This document shows positions 40,801 to 53,087 of a stretch of 64,000 bases of DNA, one piece after another. Under the pieces are notes generated by a model. That model did not search any database. It saw nothing but the letters and a program-made list of their open reading frames with translations, and was not told where the DNA came from. Made by a program: the position numbers and the translations under genes. Positions within the stretch are counted from its first letter, which is position 1; the number at the start of each line of letters is the position of its first letter. This DNA comes from Paragordius varius. Taxonomy: Eukaryota > Animalia > Nematomorpha. The stretch is taken from NCBI GenBank assembly GCA_964247055.1, contig OZ176052.1, positions 1,922,001 through 1,986,000 on the forward strand, given 5' to 3'.

Positions 40801-43800
40801 ATATGTTTGAAATTTGCCATTTTTTACCGAAATACCAAGCTTGCTTGCTAGTAAAAAGTCTATTATATTAAAAGTTTTCATTTGTACATTGTTTTATGTC
40901 CTCGAGGTTTTATTTTGGTGTTATATTGCTAATTGACTTGTACATTGGTATAACTAAAAATACGTCAGAAGGCATATGATTGATAAATATTTTTAGGGAA
41001 AATATTAATGCTATAATTTCCAAATTAACAGATATCCATAAATACGTCTAGAAGTTGCAAACATATATAATTATTGTGACGCTGATTTATTTTATCGGCT
41101 ATTATGAGATATCTGGTAACATTGCTTTTTATATCATTTCCTAAATTAGATTGCGTAAATAGCGAATGGTTTGGTTTAAAATCAACGTTGAATAGTAATA
41201 AAGCTTACGAATGTTTGTGCACAAATTTTACCCATTCATATCGAGTATTATGTCAAACGATCAATCCTAACTCACATTGCGACAACTCTCTCGAAAATGG
41301 TAATTTTAAAACAATTTTAGCGGTTTTTATTAAGTATAGTCCGGGGGTGTCCACACGCGGCCCGCAGAGTTTTTGGAAATCTATCAACTTAACACAGATT
41401 TCACAATTCGCAATAATATGGCTCAATATATCAGTAATATTCTACCAAATTTTCGGAATAAGTCTTTTCAATATTAGCAACAAACACGCAGAAATCGGCA
41501 AAATAAATAGCACTTTGATTTTTTCAACAGTAGTTTTATGCTTGAAATCTAATTAAATATTTATTAATTCCCATATGTATTTATCAAATGCGGCCCGCGC
41601 GAAGCCGTTTGTGTTGGAAACCCCTGATATAGTTCGTTAAATATTTTTTTATACATGTTAAATTTACCCTTTTTTGTATTTTATATTTTTTAATGTAATA
41701 TTAGGTCACCACGATCGAAAGAAAATTTATGCCCAATTTTTAGATCAGTTCTTTAAAAGTGCATACGATGCTAAAACATTCGGGGGTATCCAAGTACCCA
41801 ATCGTAAAAACAGCCTTAACAGTGTCATCAATAATCACATTGTTAAAGACAAGGAATATGTTTTAAATATCCTCATTAATATGCTGTATTTAGAACCTTC
41901 GGCCTTATTTCAAGAAAATTACTACAACAATATTAATTCTGGAAATATATTATCACAATCCTTCTTACCAAGGCAATCATCACATAACTCTTATTTGATT
42001 CATTTATTACGGAAAATTGAATCAAATTTTATGTTGGTGCAATTAATTGCACAATGTGGTAAACCTTCCTTTACAATATATTAACCTTAAACAATAATTA
42101 TTGCGAATAAGTAATGTTTTTGAGCAAAGGATACGGTATATATAATATTTTTAAACTTGGTATTTTAAATGTTCATTTATTTTAACATTCAACATGTAAT
42201 TAAAAATATTGATTTTAGCCTAATATAATATTTTTAAACCAACCCTAAAACAATAAATAATATTATAAAAAATGTCTTTTTTTTAATATTTATCATTAGA
42301 TTACATGGATCATTTATGTTACATGGGTAATATGTTTGCTACAATACTTCAACAATTTGTTCAATTTTTCTCCACCATTAATTTGTATGATATGGGGTAT
42401 GAAATCAAATAATATTATTTTTCAAAAAGAGAAAACAATAGAAGAAATATATCAAATTTTGCTTATATTAAAAAATTTATTTTATTATTTTATTGACATA
42501 ATACTTTATTTACATGATACTTATCTACATTTTACAAATTTGAAATGATAATTCGGTTGTTTTAAAATACCAAAAGCCAATTTATTTTTTCCAAATTCTA
42601 TTATGACTATATTATTAGAGCTTTAATATCATATTTTTTCTAATTTTTAAATAGATTGGATATTAATGCTGCCGCCTACCCATCTATTTTGGATGGACAA
42701 GTGTCACTTAAAAGACTTGCTAATCGTAAACTACTCAAAAAAATTTTGTCAAAACATTACACGAAAAGTACTAAAGAGAAAGAGTTTCAATTTAAACAAA
42801 AATTCCAAGAAAGCCGCTTGAAACAAACCCATGAGAATATACGAACATTTACGACAAATGGTAGAAAAACTTTTGATTTAACTATACTGCCTATTGGTTT
42901 ATACATTTTATATGGAATACAATATACGACCAGTAAAATATTTATCTGTAAATCCTTGCGGCAAGATTCACGTCTATGGTCCCATATTTTTAGGTTATAC
43001 TTTTTTAATTTTATCTAATTTTTGTAATTTTTTTTTTCAAAAAAATTAATTCTTTAATACTATACCATTAATATTGAGCCAAATTTAAAAATATGCAGAT
43101 GCAATATTTAGCGCTTTAAAAACCTTAAAACATGTCAAGTGTTTCAAAATATCTAAATCTTTTTCCTACACTTTTTTTCTGTATTTTTTGTTAATTACTA
43201 ACACTGACGTTTCTAAAATATATATATTTATTATTTAATTATAATTTCTTGGAAATATTTTTCCCAATTTTTCAATAGATTTTATGGAATGATTGTTCGG
43301 ATAAAAGCTTTTTTTGAAATGCCAAGTACGCATTTAGAACCATTTGTTAAAGATGTAAGGCAAATTTTGTGCCCTCATCAAAAAAATGAAAATAATAGGT
43401 AATTTTATTATTAATAAATAGCATTTTAAATATACAAGTTGATAATTGTATTTAACAATGAAACAATAAAATTTTATTTTTTATCTTATATTTTACAGCC
43501 ATAATTTAAATTATATAGGAACAAATTAAGAGACTTAGAATATCTGTGTCAGTTTTTATTTTAAAGACAACTTTTTACGCAAAAAACCTGCTGACATACA
43601 CAGTTTGGCATTTTAATGGCTGCTTATATTTCATCTTATAGTAAAGCAATTTGCAACACACAGTAGTGTATGGAAAAAACAACAAAATGAGAGAATAAAC
43701 AATTATTTCCTTTGCTTTTTCAATACTCTCCTGTGTTGCGAATTGCTCTCCTCCTTTAATGTGAAATAAGCAACCATTTAAAGGCATATACTGTATTTTT

Positions 43801-46800
43801 CATGTTTTAACCTAACTTTTATTTTTTGATATTTCCAATATCCAATCCATATACTCACTAATTTTTGTAGAAATGGAAATGAACAACCCACAAAAATAGG
43901 TGATATCAATACTTCAAATACTGATTCCACATTTTTTTATGAAACACTGTTTTCACTTATAAAGTTTGGCAATGAATGTACCCTGCAAGATTTATCCTAC
44001 AAAAATTTCTTGCATTGGATATATAATTTAGATCGTGTTCATGATGAATTCAAATCGAAATCATCTCCTCATAGTACTAATAATAATAACCATAGTAATA
44101 ATATAAATAAATTTCCATTTCATCTTTTCTCACCTGCGATTAATGCCCTTTTCAACCAACTTAACAAGTAAATATTTTTTGCATTTCTCTAAAATTTAGA
44201 CAACTAAAATTGATTGATTGGGCTTTAATTTAAATTAGGTTGTTTTTTATTTTCTGGTATTTACAGCCTACGCGTGTCAAAAAATATTAAACAAAAAATT
44301 ATATATTAAAAAAAATCCTAAATAGAAGCAAAACAATTTAAATTGAATACAACATTTTCCCAAATTTTGGCAATGAACTAGCAAAAATTGTTATAAATGG
44401 TAGTTATATTTAATTTTTTATAAATCGATATAAATATTGTAAATCCCGCTTAAAGTTTATATGGTTATGCTTGTTTATATCAAAGATAATCGGATAGCTT
44501 TTTTATTAAGGAGATGAAACAAACGATATTATTTGCAATTCAATTCAGAGCTGTTTTTTACATGATTTTAAATAATTGTGGTATAAAAATATGTAGCATA
44601 AATAAAATCTTATCATTATTTTTCAGTCAGTCAATTATTAAATGCAATTTTTTTCATTTTCCTTTCCTTAGAGCTCTTCAAGATCTTTATATTGGGATTG
44701 AGTTTGGAAAATTACTAATTTTGGGTCAATCACTGCATTCATATGCCTTGTGTCATATACAAGCTTACCGAGATAAATATACAATAATCAGCAGAAAGGG
44801 TATTTATACTATAATTTTCTTTTTTTATTAAGTTTAATTATCATTTCATATTTTTTTATTATACCATTTACAATAAAATAAATTATGTGTTTTCGGGCTA
44901 ATATAACTCATCATTAATAATTAATATATTTTTATAGCATAGTTTTTTTTATTTTTTCAACATTATATTAATTTTAAACGTGATTTCATTTTTTAAAAAA
45001 ATATTTTAAAATAAGGGTAATTTTTATCTCAAAAAACACAATTTATTCGTGAGTGAATTTGAATTGTTTGAAGGGTGAATTTTAATTGTTTAAGGGTGAA
45101 TTTGAATTGTTCCAAGGGTAAATTTGTATTGTTCGAGGGTGAATTTGTATTGTTTGAAGGATATATAACCCATTGAATTACATTTTCTAGAAAAATCAAA
45201 ATCAAAGCCAAAGGCAGTTAATGAGAATCCTGTACAAGGGCATTATTCAAAACAACAGTTAAAAATGGAAAAATATTTTGATTTATACCATATAAAATGG
45301 ATACTCAGTCAAATATATGAGCTATTACATCAAACACTAAAATCGGGGAGACCGTTGATACAAATCATGAGAATTTGGCAAAATTTTTTTCTTAAAACGA
45401 TGAAACAGGTTGGATAGAGAAATTTGAGCATTTTTTATGAATATAATATTCTAATAATTAATTTTTTAATTAGTAAAAATTATATCTACAGATTTTATTA
45501 TAATTTATATAATTTTTTAAAACAATGATGATGATTAAAAAATTGGCATTTATAAATAAATTTAATAGTCTATTTCAATTGTAGAAGCAATTTCTTCAAA
45601 AAAGATTTATATATTGATTTGACTAAATATGAAATGTACCATTTTGATATTATAATATTGTTTATTTTCTATACTATAGATGGTATATATGGGTTGGGAG
45701 ATAGGTTGGGAATACTGTAAAACTGTATTAGATAATAACCAAAGGTTTATTGACGCTTTTAGTTCTACGTTTGCAGAACAGCCAGGATTCCATAAATCAA
45801 AAGGTAAATTTTAAAATAATTTACTCATATTATCGTTATAAAATGGGCGAATTCTAAAAATAAAATTCATGATTGATATGTTTTTTAGATTTTTTGTGAT
45901 TGCAGTATACATTTTAATGGTTTATTTTACACTACAGTGGAGCAATTTGCAACACACAGTAGTGTATGGAAAAAACAACGAAATGGTGTATAAACAATTA
46001 TTTCCTTTCTTTTTTTCCATACACTCCTGTGTTGCAAATTGTCCGCCCTACTATAGTGTGAAATAAACAACCATTAAAATGCATACTATACTGTATATGG
46101 TATTTTGGCATATTTTATTATAATATTACTTACTTATTAGATCATGTCCATATACTAGGAATTTATGATGTTGGCTTTGGATAATTCCCACATTAATTTG
46201 AATGAATCTCCTCTCCATCGCGTTGAAAGAAACAATATGTGTCGACAAAAATTTATGGCTAAGGTAGTAGGTTCATTTATTTTTGCGTCTAAATTTTTTA
46301 TTTTCTTTATAAAATAATCTTTTACAAGTTATAAACTATATATATATATATATTCAAGATTAAGCTTATATTTTGACAAATTTTTAGCCGTTACATATTA
46401 AATACCTTGGAATTCTATTTAAATGCTTTTGGTCATTGGTAAATTTAATATGTTTATAATATATATTCATAGATATTTGAACAAATTTACTCGATTATTA
46501 TTGTCTCATCTCCGGCCCAACCTTTAGAGGTTGAAAACAGACCATTTATACCGCATAATGATTTTGATAAAACTAACAATACAGAACACAATTTAGGCTC
46601 AGGCCTAATTTCCATATTAACTTGCCTGAAATTATATGTAATTGCGTTTGTGGAAAAACACTGTAGTACACTAAATTCGTATAATTTGAAAGAAAATTTA
46701 AGCTCACCTCATAGTTTTATACCTAAGGGGTATGATTTAACCGCTCATGAATGTTCAACCATACTTGTGTTAACTAAAGTATTAACTTCCCTTTCTGCCC

Positions 46801-49800
46801 ATTTGGATATTTTAAACTTTGGCATTTGCAAAGAAGAAATTATAAAATGGTCTGAAAATTTAATGGATTTCCTGAGTCAATTACTGCATTATGGCTATGT
46901 CCAAAATTTTGTATTTGACAATATTCCATATCTCTATTTCGGCGACAATACTAAAGATATGAATAAAGAAGTTATTGAAAGTATATAATTTTAAAAATGA
47001 ATTTTATGAAGCTTACTGTAAAACTCTCTGCGATTCTATATATGTAGTGTAATTATGTTTGAAATGTTAAAAAAAATATTTTTGCAATAACATATTAATA
47101 GGGATTGTTAGTACTCATGAAACACTTGCGCCAATATGCCATATATGGACACAGCTTTTCATAAATTTGTGCCGAAAATATTCAAATAATGTCTTACATT
47201 CGGATAACAAATCTTTAAATCACCTGCAAGAGTAATAAAATTAATTTTTTTTGAATTATATTTAGACATTTTAATATAAATTTTTCTTTTAATTTTTTCC
47301 ATAGACTTTTAATTAACTTTCGACAACGACGTGAGCAATACTTGAAGAATCATATAAAATCGCAATCTGCAAGCAACATAGATTTTATTGCATTCTCCAC
47401 CCTAATTACTGATTATGACGATATATTTATGGTAATTTTTAGAACTGGTTTAAAATTTTTTCATAAATGTTTTTTTACGCTATTTAAAAGGGCCTTTTAG
47501 ATATTTATTTATTTTTATTAGCCAAATATTTATACTGCAAACTCACCCGATAACAGTAAAATTGATAAAACGGAGTTATGTTTAAATCCAACTGCAAATT
47601 TTACCATATCGAATTTCAACTCAAAATTTTTGGATCGTATCTTTGATTTAGCTCTAAATCAATATTATTCTCAAGCCAAAACTAAAAAACCAAAACAAAA
47701 TGGTATGTACGTTAAATATTGTTTTAATTATGATTTAATACAAATTTTCAAATTCAACAAATATGTTCTTTAGATCATGAATCCATATTCCAAATGATTG
47801 GCCAAGATTTACTACAAGGCACTAACGATCAAAACGAGTTATTAATTAATACATATCTCCTCAACATTTATATGGTCGCATTTACCAAACTAAATGATTG
47901 TATTATATCCGACACATTTTCACATAATAATATGAGCATGAATAAGGATTATATTTCCCAAGGGGGTACAATATCCAAAAACGGCGAAAAAATGTATAAA
48001 AATTACATTGCAAGTCGTGTGGAAAATGTTAAAAGTTTGCTTGCAATTCTAACTGATTCTATCTTGAAGAAAACTGAGAAATATTTCGTAAATGAGAAGA
48101 AAATACTGAATAGAGAGTTTCAAAATTTGCAACCACAGATTAAGGAAGCCATCATCAACGTATGTTTAGAGCTAAATTCCCAATTATTAACCACATATAC
48201 ATTGGCTGTATGCAATGATCGGAGTTTTGCCCTTACCGCGTCTAGCATAAGTAGTTTAAGGTACTTTTTTTATTTTTGAGAATTTTAAACACCAAAAATG
48301 ATTTTTTAATATAGTTAAATTTTGAAACGACATAATATTTTTGCAAAATGACTATTTATGTATGGTTTTTCCGCGTGAATGTAATATTGACATTAAAAAC
48401 GCTTTTTTAGATTTAGTTATGTTGAAATTTATGTTTAATAAAACAAAAAGTTTTATTTTCAAATTTTTTGGCACAAAAAATACTTTTTATATATGGGTGA
48501 GAATTTTATTAAAAAAATAGGTTTTTTTACTAAAGTATCTTGAGCGGTATAGTATTCAACAAATAATTTAACCCTATAGTTACCTGTTAAAATTTTCTTT
48601 TTTATGCTTTCTTTTATTTCAATATGCATATGTATATATATATATATATATATTCCCCATTTAGAAACTATTTATTTCAATGGTCATCTTCGTTTTTTAA
48701 CACTGCAATATTGTCCAACACCCATACTGATTCTACATTTGTGTCCAATAAAAATATAAATTCCACCAATATATTAAACATTGATAATTTTGGCAAAAAA
48801 CTTTTGATTGATCAAATTTTGTTGTGTCTTTCGGCTTGTCAAAACCATTTATTACATAAATGTCAATTGATTACAATCATTTTTGAACCAGGAAATTGGA
48901 ATATGAATGGGAATGAATTAAATTTCGATATACGATTGGGTGTTTTAAAGCATATCAACAATCGACAAAAAGAAGTACCAATTAACCATTATAAAATATT
49001 TGAGAATTTACCTTTTGATAGAAAAACAATGGTTAAAGCAGGAAATAAATGGGTTAAACGTGAAACAAAGTTACGAATGGATATGATAAAAGAGGTGATA
49101 TACTATTATGATATTTAATTTTATATTTTTTTGAGACACCCAAAAATGTTAAAAAATAAATTTGTACAGTAAAAATTGATTTTTTTTCTAACAAAACCAT
49201 ACTTTAATGATTTAATATAAATCATTGTTTTAACTGGAAAATATAAAATAGAGATGCATATGAATAACACAATCATTTACGCATTTTATGATTGTAATTA
49301 ATTAATTTATATAGGAAAAATTTTGTTAGCTTAATTTAATGTTTATATTAAAAATCCAAATTTTTATAATGGATAAAATTATTTTATGATGTTACATAAT
49401 TAGGTATTTTATTTTGACAATGAAAACTCTGTCATAAAAAGTGATCATCTACCAGCAAATGCTACAAATAACGAATCTCCCAAGCTGGATGAAATTATAA
49501 GTATATCCGCATCAGGCAAATACACTAATTTAAAGTATTTTACTTTTATTATTACGTTTTATTTTAACGTTTTTTTAAATTGTGATTTTGATTAAAAAAC
49601 ATGTAAGAATCAAACATATATTGTTGCCTAAATTTAAAACAGTAAATTATATGTATAGCATGCTTTAACACTAAATGATCTGTAAATTACAAAAATAATT
49701 CTAGAGATTTATGATATATATAATTATATTCAATCATTTCCACATATTTTATTTTTTTGCGGTTCTTAGATTCACAATGTACATTGAAGAGTTTGTTAAT

Positions 49801-50690
49801 TCTTTGCTAGGAACGTGGTTATATACCCAATTTTTGGGTGATTTAGCCTTAAAACTTTGTCAAAGTTATTACATAATAAATACGGCGCATTTTAACACTG
49901 TGCCCAGTCAAGTCAATCTTTTCATTGATCGCAAACAAGGGGGCACAAACATAAATAAGATGAATATAAATATATCGAAAGTATTGAATGAAGCACCTAG
50001 ATCAAATTACGAATGTTATGATAGAAAATTATTAAAGTAAGGAATTCTTATAATAGATATGACAATTTTTTAGGGAAAAAAATTTAGTATTTGGCCATTG
50101 ATTAATAATATATATTTTTAGCTTTTATCTTGGTCTAGATATTAAGTATGGTGATTTAAAGTTTATAATATTGTTACAAATGACTTTATATGGTTGAAAC
50201 ATTTTTTTGGCATTCTCATTTTTTTCAAATTATTTAATGTTAAAAAAATAGCAATCAAAAGGCCACGATTCTAAAATGTTATTGTGATATTTTAGTTGTT
50301 AACTAATAAGTAACTTAAATAATTTTTGCACAAATTATATATAGTGAAGTGTGATTATCAAAGCGCCGTATGTATATATATATATATATATATATATACC
50401 ATTTACAGTTCAAATTCACCCTTGAACAATCAAGTTCACCCTCGATCAATTCGAATTCACCCTAAAAATAAAATATGTGTTTTTAAGATTAAATTTTATT
50501 TATATTTTTTAATATTTTAAAATATGAAATTTTGTCTAAAATTAATAATACTAAAAAAATAATAAACTATGCCATAAAAATATATTAAGTATGAATGATG
50601 AGTTACATTAGCCCGAAAACACATTATTACTTTTAGGGTGAATTAGAATTGTTCGAGGGTGAATTTGAATTGGAAATAATATATATATAC

Positions 50691-50745
<55 letters not shown>

Positions 50746-52980
50746 TCTTATTTTTAGCTTTTTATTGCATGCCCTAACCCAAACATACCATTTAACGTGT
50801 GCGTTTGATCGAAGACCTGGTCTCAAATTTTTACTTAAAAGATGCTTTTATATTCATCAATCCCAAATAATATCCGCTAAAAATAGTAAGGACAATTTTA
50901 ACCATAAAAATAGCGGCAATCCATATGAAAATGTTCAAAATTCTAATCAATCCTACTCAAAGAGTAATTTGGAAAATACTGAATCAACAACTATTTTACC
51001 CAATCTATATAGGGTTGGAAGTTTAGCATTTGCTTACTATGGATTAATTCTATTCCACCTGTCTGTTAAAAGGTATCTTTGAATTATTATTCTAACAAAA
51101 ATTTTTTTTTCCAATTTAATATCAACACAAAAGACACCAAAATATAAACACTATATTTGGTTAATTTGTCAAATTTTATTTAATGTCCATATTAATTTTA
51201 TGATCATTTTTTTCCTAAGTATAACTAAAAAAACATTTTAACATTTTAAATGATTTTTTAAAATAATTTGCTCTCGTTACCATATATACTCAGAAACGAT
51301 ATTGATGATCTTACAAACGGGAACTTGAATGATGATTGCAAATTATTTTTGAGTTTTCTGGATTCTCTCCTCACATTTTATTGTGTGCTTAATAACCAAG
51401 AAATCAAGTTATTATCTAAATAACCAATAATAATTATAATTTATTTTTCACTATTCCCATTTATTCAATTAAGTTAACCTTAGTTAACATATTTATTGAT
51501 TCACAATAAATAAGTTTTTTCCATATGACGACGTTTAATATTTATAACCCTATAAAATTTAAGCCAATTATCATATTAATAATTTATATCTAGCTTTCCA
51601 AAACAGAAGGTTTAAGTTAAGTTACGTGAATATCGAGGAATTTATACACTTAACTTTTCCGAGTATGCACCGTAAAAAACTATAAAATTTAGTGTTGTAG
51701 TAATGCTTGTTAAATTAATATTATTTATTCCCTTTTGGTGGATTCTTTTCTATCATAACTGACTGATTTAAGAATTAATATATAGACTATGATAAACATT
51801 TAATTTTTTTACCATACAAAGAGATTGGAATCTATAAACACGCTAAAAATATATTAAAAGTCATAAATTATAAGGAACGACAATATAGGTCTTCATAAAA
51901 TTACATTGCAGTAAAAACTGAAAGTATACGGATATAACCTAAAAATATAAAGTTTTCTTTGAGAGAACCATACTTTTTTAAACTTCATTTTTATGAAGAT
52001 AACTCATTGTTTCAAATTCAAATAAAAAATGATATGTATATTGGTTATACAATCAATAATATATTTTACAATCGTAATTATATAATTTATATGAGGTTGT
52101 CTTTTGGAAAAAAATATTTTCTTTACTTTTCAACCTTTTGTCCGTATAATTTCAAATTTTACTGTATAGTTACTATCCATTATTAATAGAAAACCATCCT
52201 TAGTAAAGAAAAACAAATCGAATAAAAATAAACGCTTTAGTAGTTCTACCACACCACTGACATTTGCCAATCTTTTTTCCAACACTCCCGACCCTTCAAA
52301 TAAAAATATTACATTGTCAAATATAACTACACGCGGAATAAAATCTTCGATTTCAGCCAATAAAAGATTGGATAAAACGCAAAAATCCATAATACGGAAA
52401 CAGAAAAGCCTTAATTTGGAACAGGAAACAAGCCCTGTCGTAAACATTCAACATTTTGATAAATTTATTATGCAACACCATCCTCGACAAATTGAAAGTC
52501 ATTTGGATTCTTTACAAAAGGTATTTGACCAAAAACTTTGAGTTTTATTATTTTTGTTAATATATTTGTGTATATTTTAACTTTCTTTTAATTAGAATTA
52601 TAGGTTAAAATTTTCTACTTTGCAAATTTTTAATGGGCTTTTTGAGATATTAATTTTTATTTTCAAAAAAATCTATTGAAAACGCTGTTAATCTCGCTTT
52701 TTTAAATTTTTTTTACTGAAACTGAAAAAACCTATTACTTCTAAAGACATTTTTAATCCATTATTTACTTTTGTTGGTTATATTTTAAATTTATTATGAT
52801 TAGGACAATGAAATGCACAAATGTATATGGATGAAAATTACGTTTGCTTTCCTGGAACTTTTAGTTAAGGAGAAAATACATTTATCAGACATACTTGTTA
52901 ATCAATTAAGTATCATGTTTCAACAATTCACTCACATCACTGATTTCTCACATTATATTAAAATGATTATTGTCAATTAA
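27198..52980 (+). CDS. Large multi-exon gene of unknown identity, copy B (5' end uncertain, possibly 25-27 kb)
   Basis: Exons 5' of the duplicated block: about 27198-27387, about 27987-28080 (LIHNIATLYPHHFSHPGQFIKIYK), about 28376-28615, about 30648-30983 (GGALSLIWQSLIQSALCAHANYF), about 32519-32690, about 33230-33527, ...34016. Next is 39152-39311 (EMEIKSHLMTNLLTQIRTRLCHPETG...), which ends in phase 1 and joins the first duplicated exon at about 40184 (D-FEKDEF). Probable terminal exon 52804-52980 (...KMIIVN*). The 34016|39152 junction is phase 0 on both sides. Confidence 0.75.
28145..28355. mobile_element. MITE family 1
   Basis: TACCATTTTCAAATT...GAACTGTAAATGGTA, with the shared internal block (ATAACTCATCATTAAT-like, TATGCC/GGCATAG). 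Confidence 0.65.
29692..29970. mobile_element. MITE family 3
   Basis: TA|CAGTAAAAATTGTACCTATACGGACAAAGCG, with internal AAAGACAATCATAC. The right end is degenerate. Confidence 0.6.
31787..31842. repeat. (TA)n microsatellite
   Basis: One of many pure (TA)n tracts. Others lie at about 3109-3135, 6860-6882, 12096-12123, 25955-26003, 26256-26289, 28936-28958, 32442-32468, 50370-50398, 50700-50720 and 58022-58066. Confidence 0.95.
32169..32440. mobile_element. MITE family 1
   Basis: TACCATTTACAGTT...GTTCAAGGGTGAATTC, with (TA)n at both ends. Confidence 0.7.
34081..34951. mobile_element. Non-autonomous Chapaev3-like element, second copy
   Basis: TTA|CACTGGACAACAAATTT...GATGTCTAGTG|TTA. Highly similar to 9672-10722, with an internal deletion of about 250 bp and an extra block of about 75 bp near 34770-34845. 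Confidence 0.8.
34961..38770. mobile_element. Foldback-type DNA element: about 1.7-1.9-kb inverted arms around a roughly 140-bp spacer
   Basis: TA|CAGTATGCATTTTAATG...CATTAAAATGCATACTG|TA. Arms 34961 to about 36685 and about 36830 to 38770 are near-perfect reverse complements. Each has an internal array of roughly 105-115-bp units (GGTAAAAATTGCGGTTTT), 7 in the left arm and 9 in the right. No transposase ORF. Confidence 0.9.
41342..41626. mobile_element. hAT (Charlie-like) MITE, duplicate of 1321-1592
   Basis: GTATAGTC|CGGGGGTGTCCACACGCGGCCCGC...GTGTTGGAAACCCCTG|ATATAGTT. Confidence 0.65.
43601..43793. mobile_element. MITE family 2 (uninterrupted; ortholog at about 3612-4321 carries a nested insertion)
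   Basis: CAGTTTGGCATTTTAATGGCTGCTTAT...AAGCAACCATTAAAGGCATATACTG|TA. Confidence 0.75.
44862..45163. mobile_element. MITE family 1 with expanded 21-22-bp subterminal repeats
   Basis: About five GGGTGAATTTGAATTGTT-like units at 45050-45160. Ortholog of 5386-5645. Confidence 0.7.
45903..46093. mobile_element. MITE family 2
   Basis: Same TIR and internal GTAGTGTATGGAAAAAACAAC core as the other copies. Confidence 0.7.
50397..50681. mobile_element. MITE family 1, ortholog of 11834-12097
   Basis: TACCATTTACAGTTCAAATTCACCC..., embedded in (TA)n on both sides. Confidence 0.75.
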
Positions 52981-53087
52981 TATTATGTATACAGTATGTT
53001 TAAAACTGTTTTCCTAAATAAATATATATATTGTGTTAGAATCTAATTTGCCAACGGAAATTTGTGCCTTTTTTCATAACATAATAA

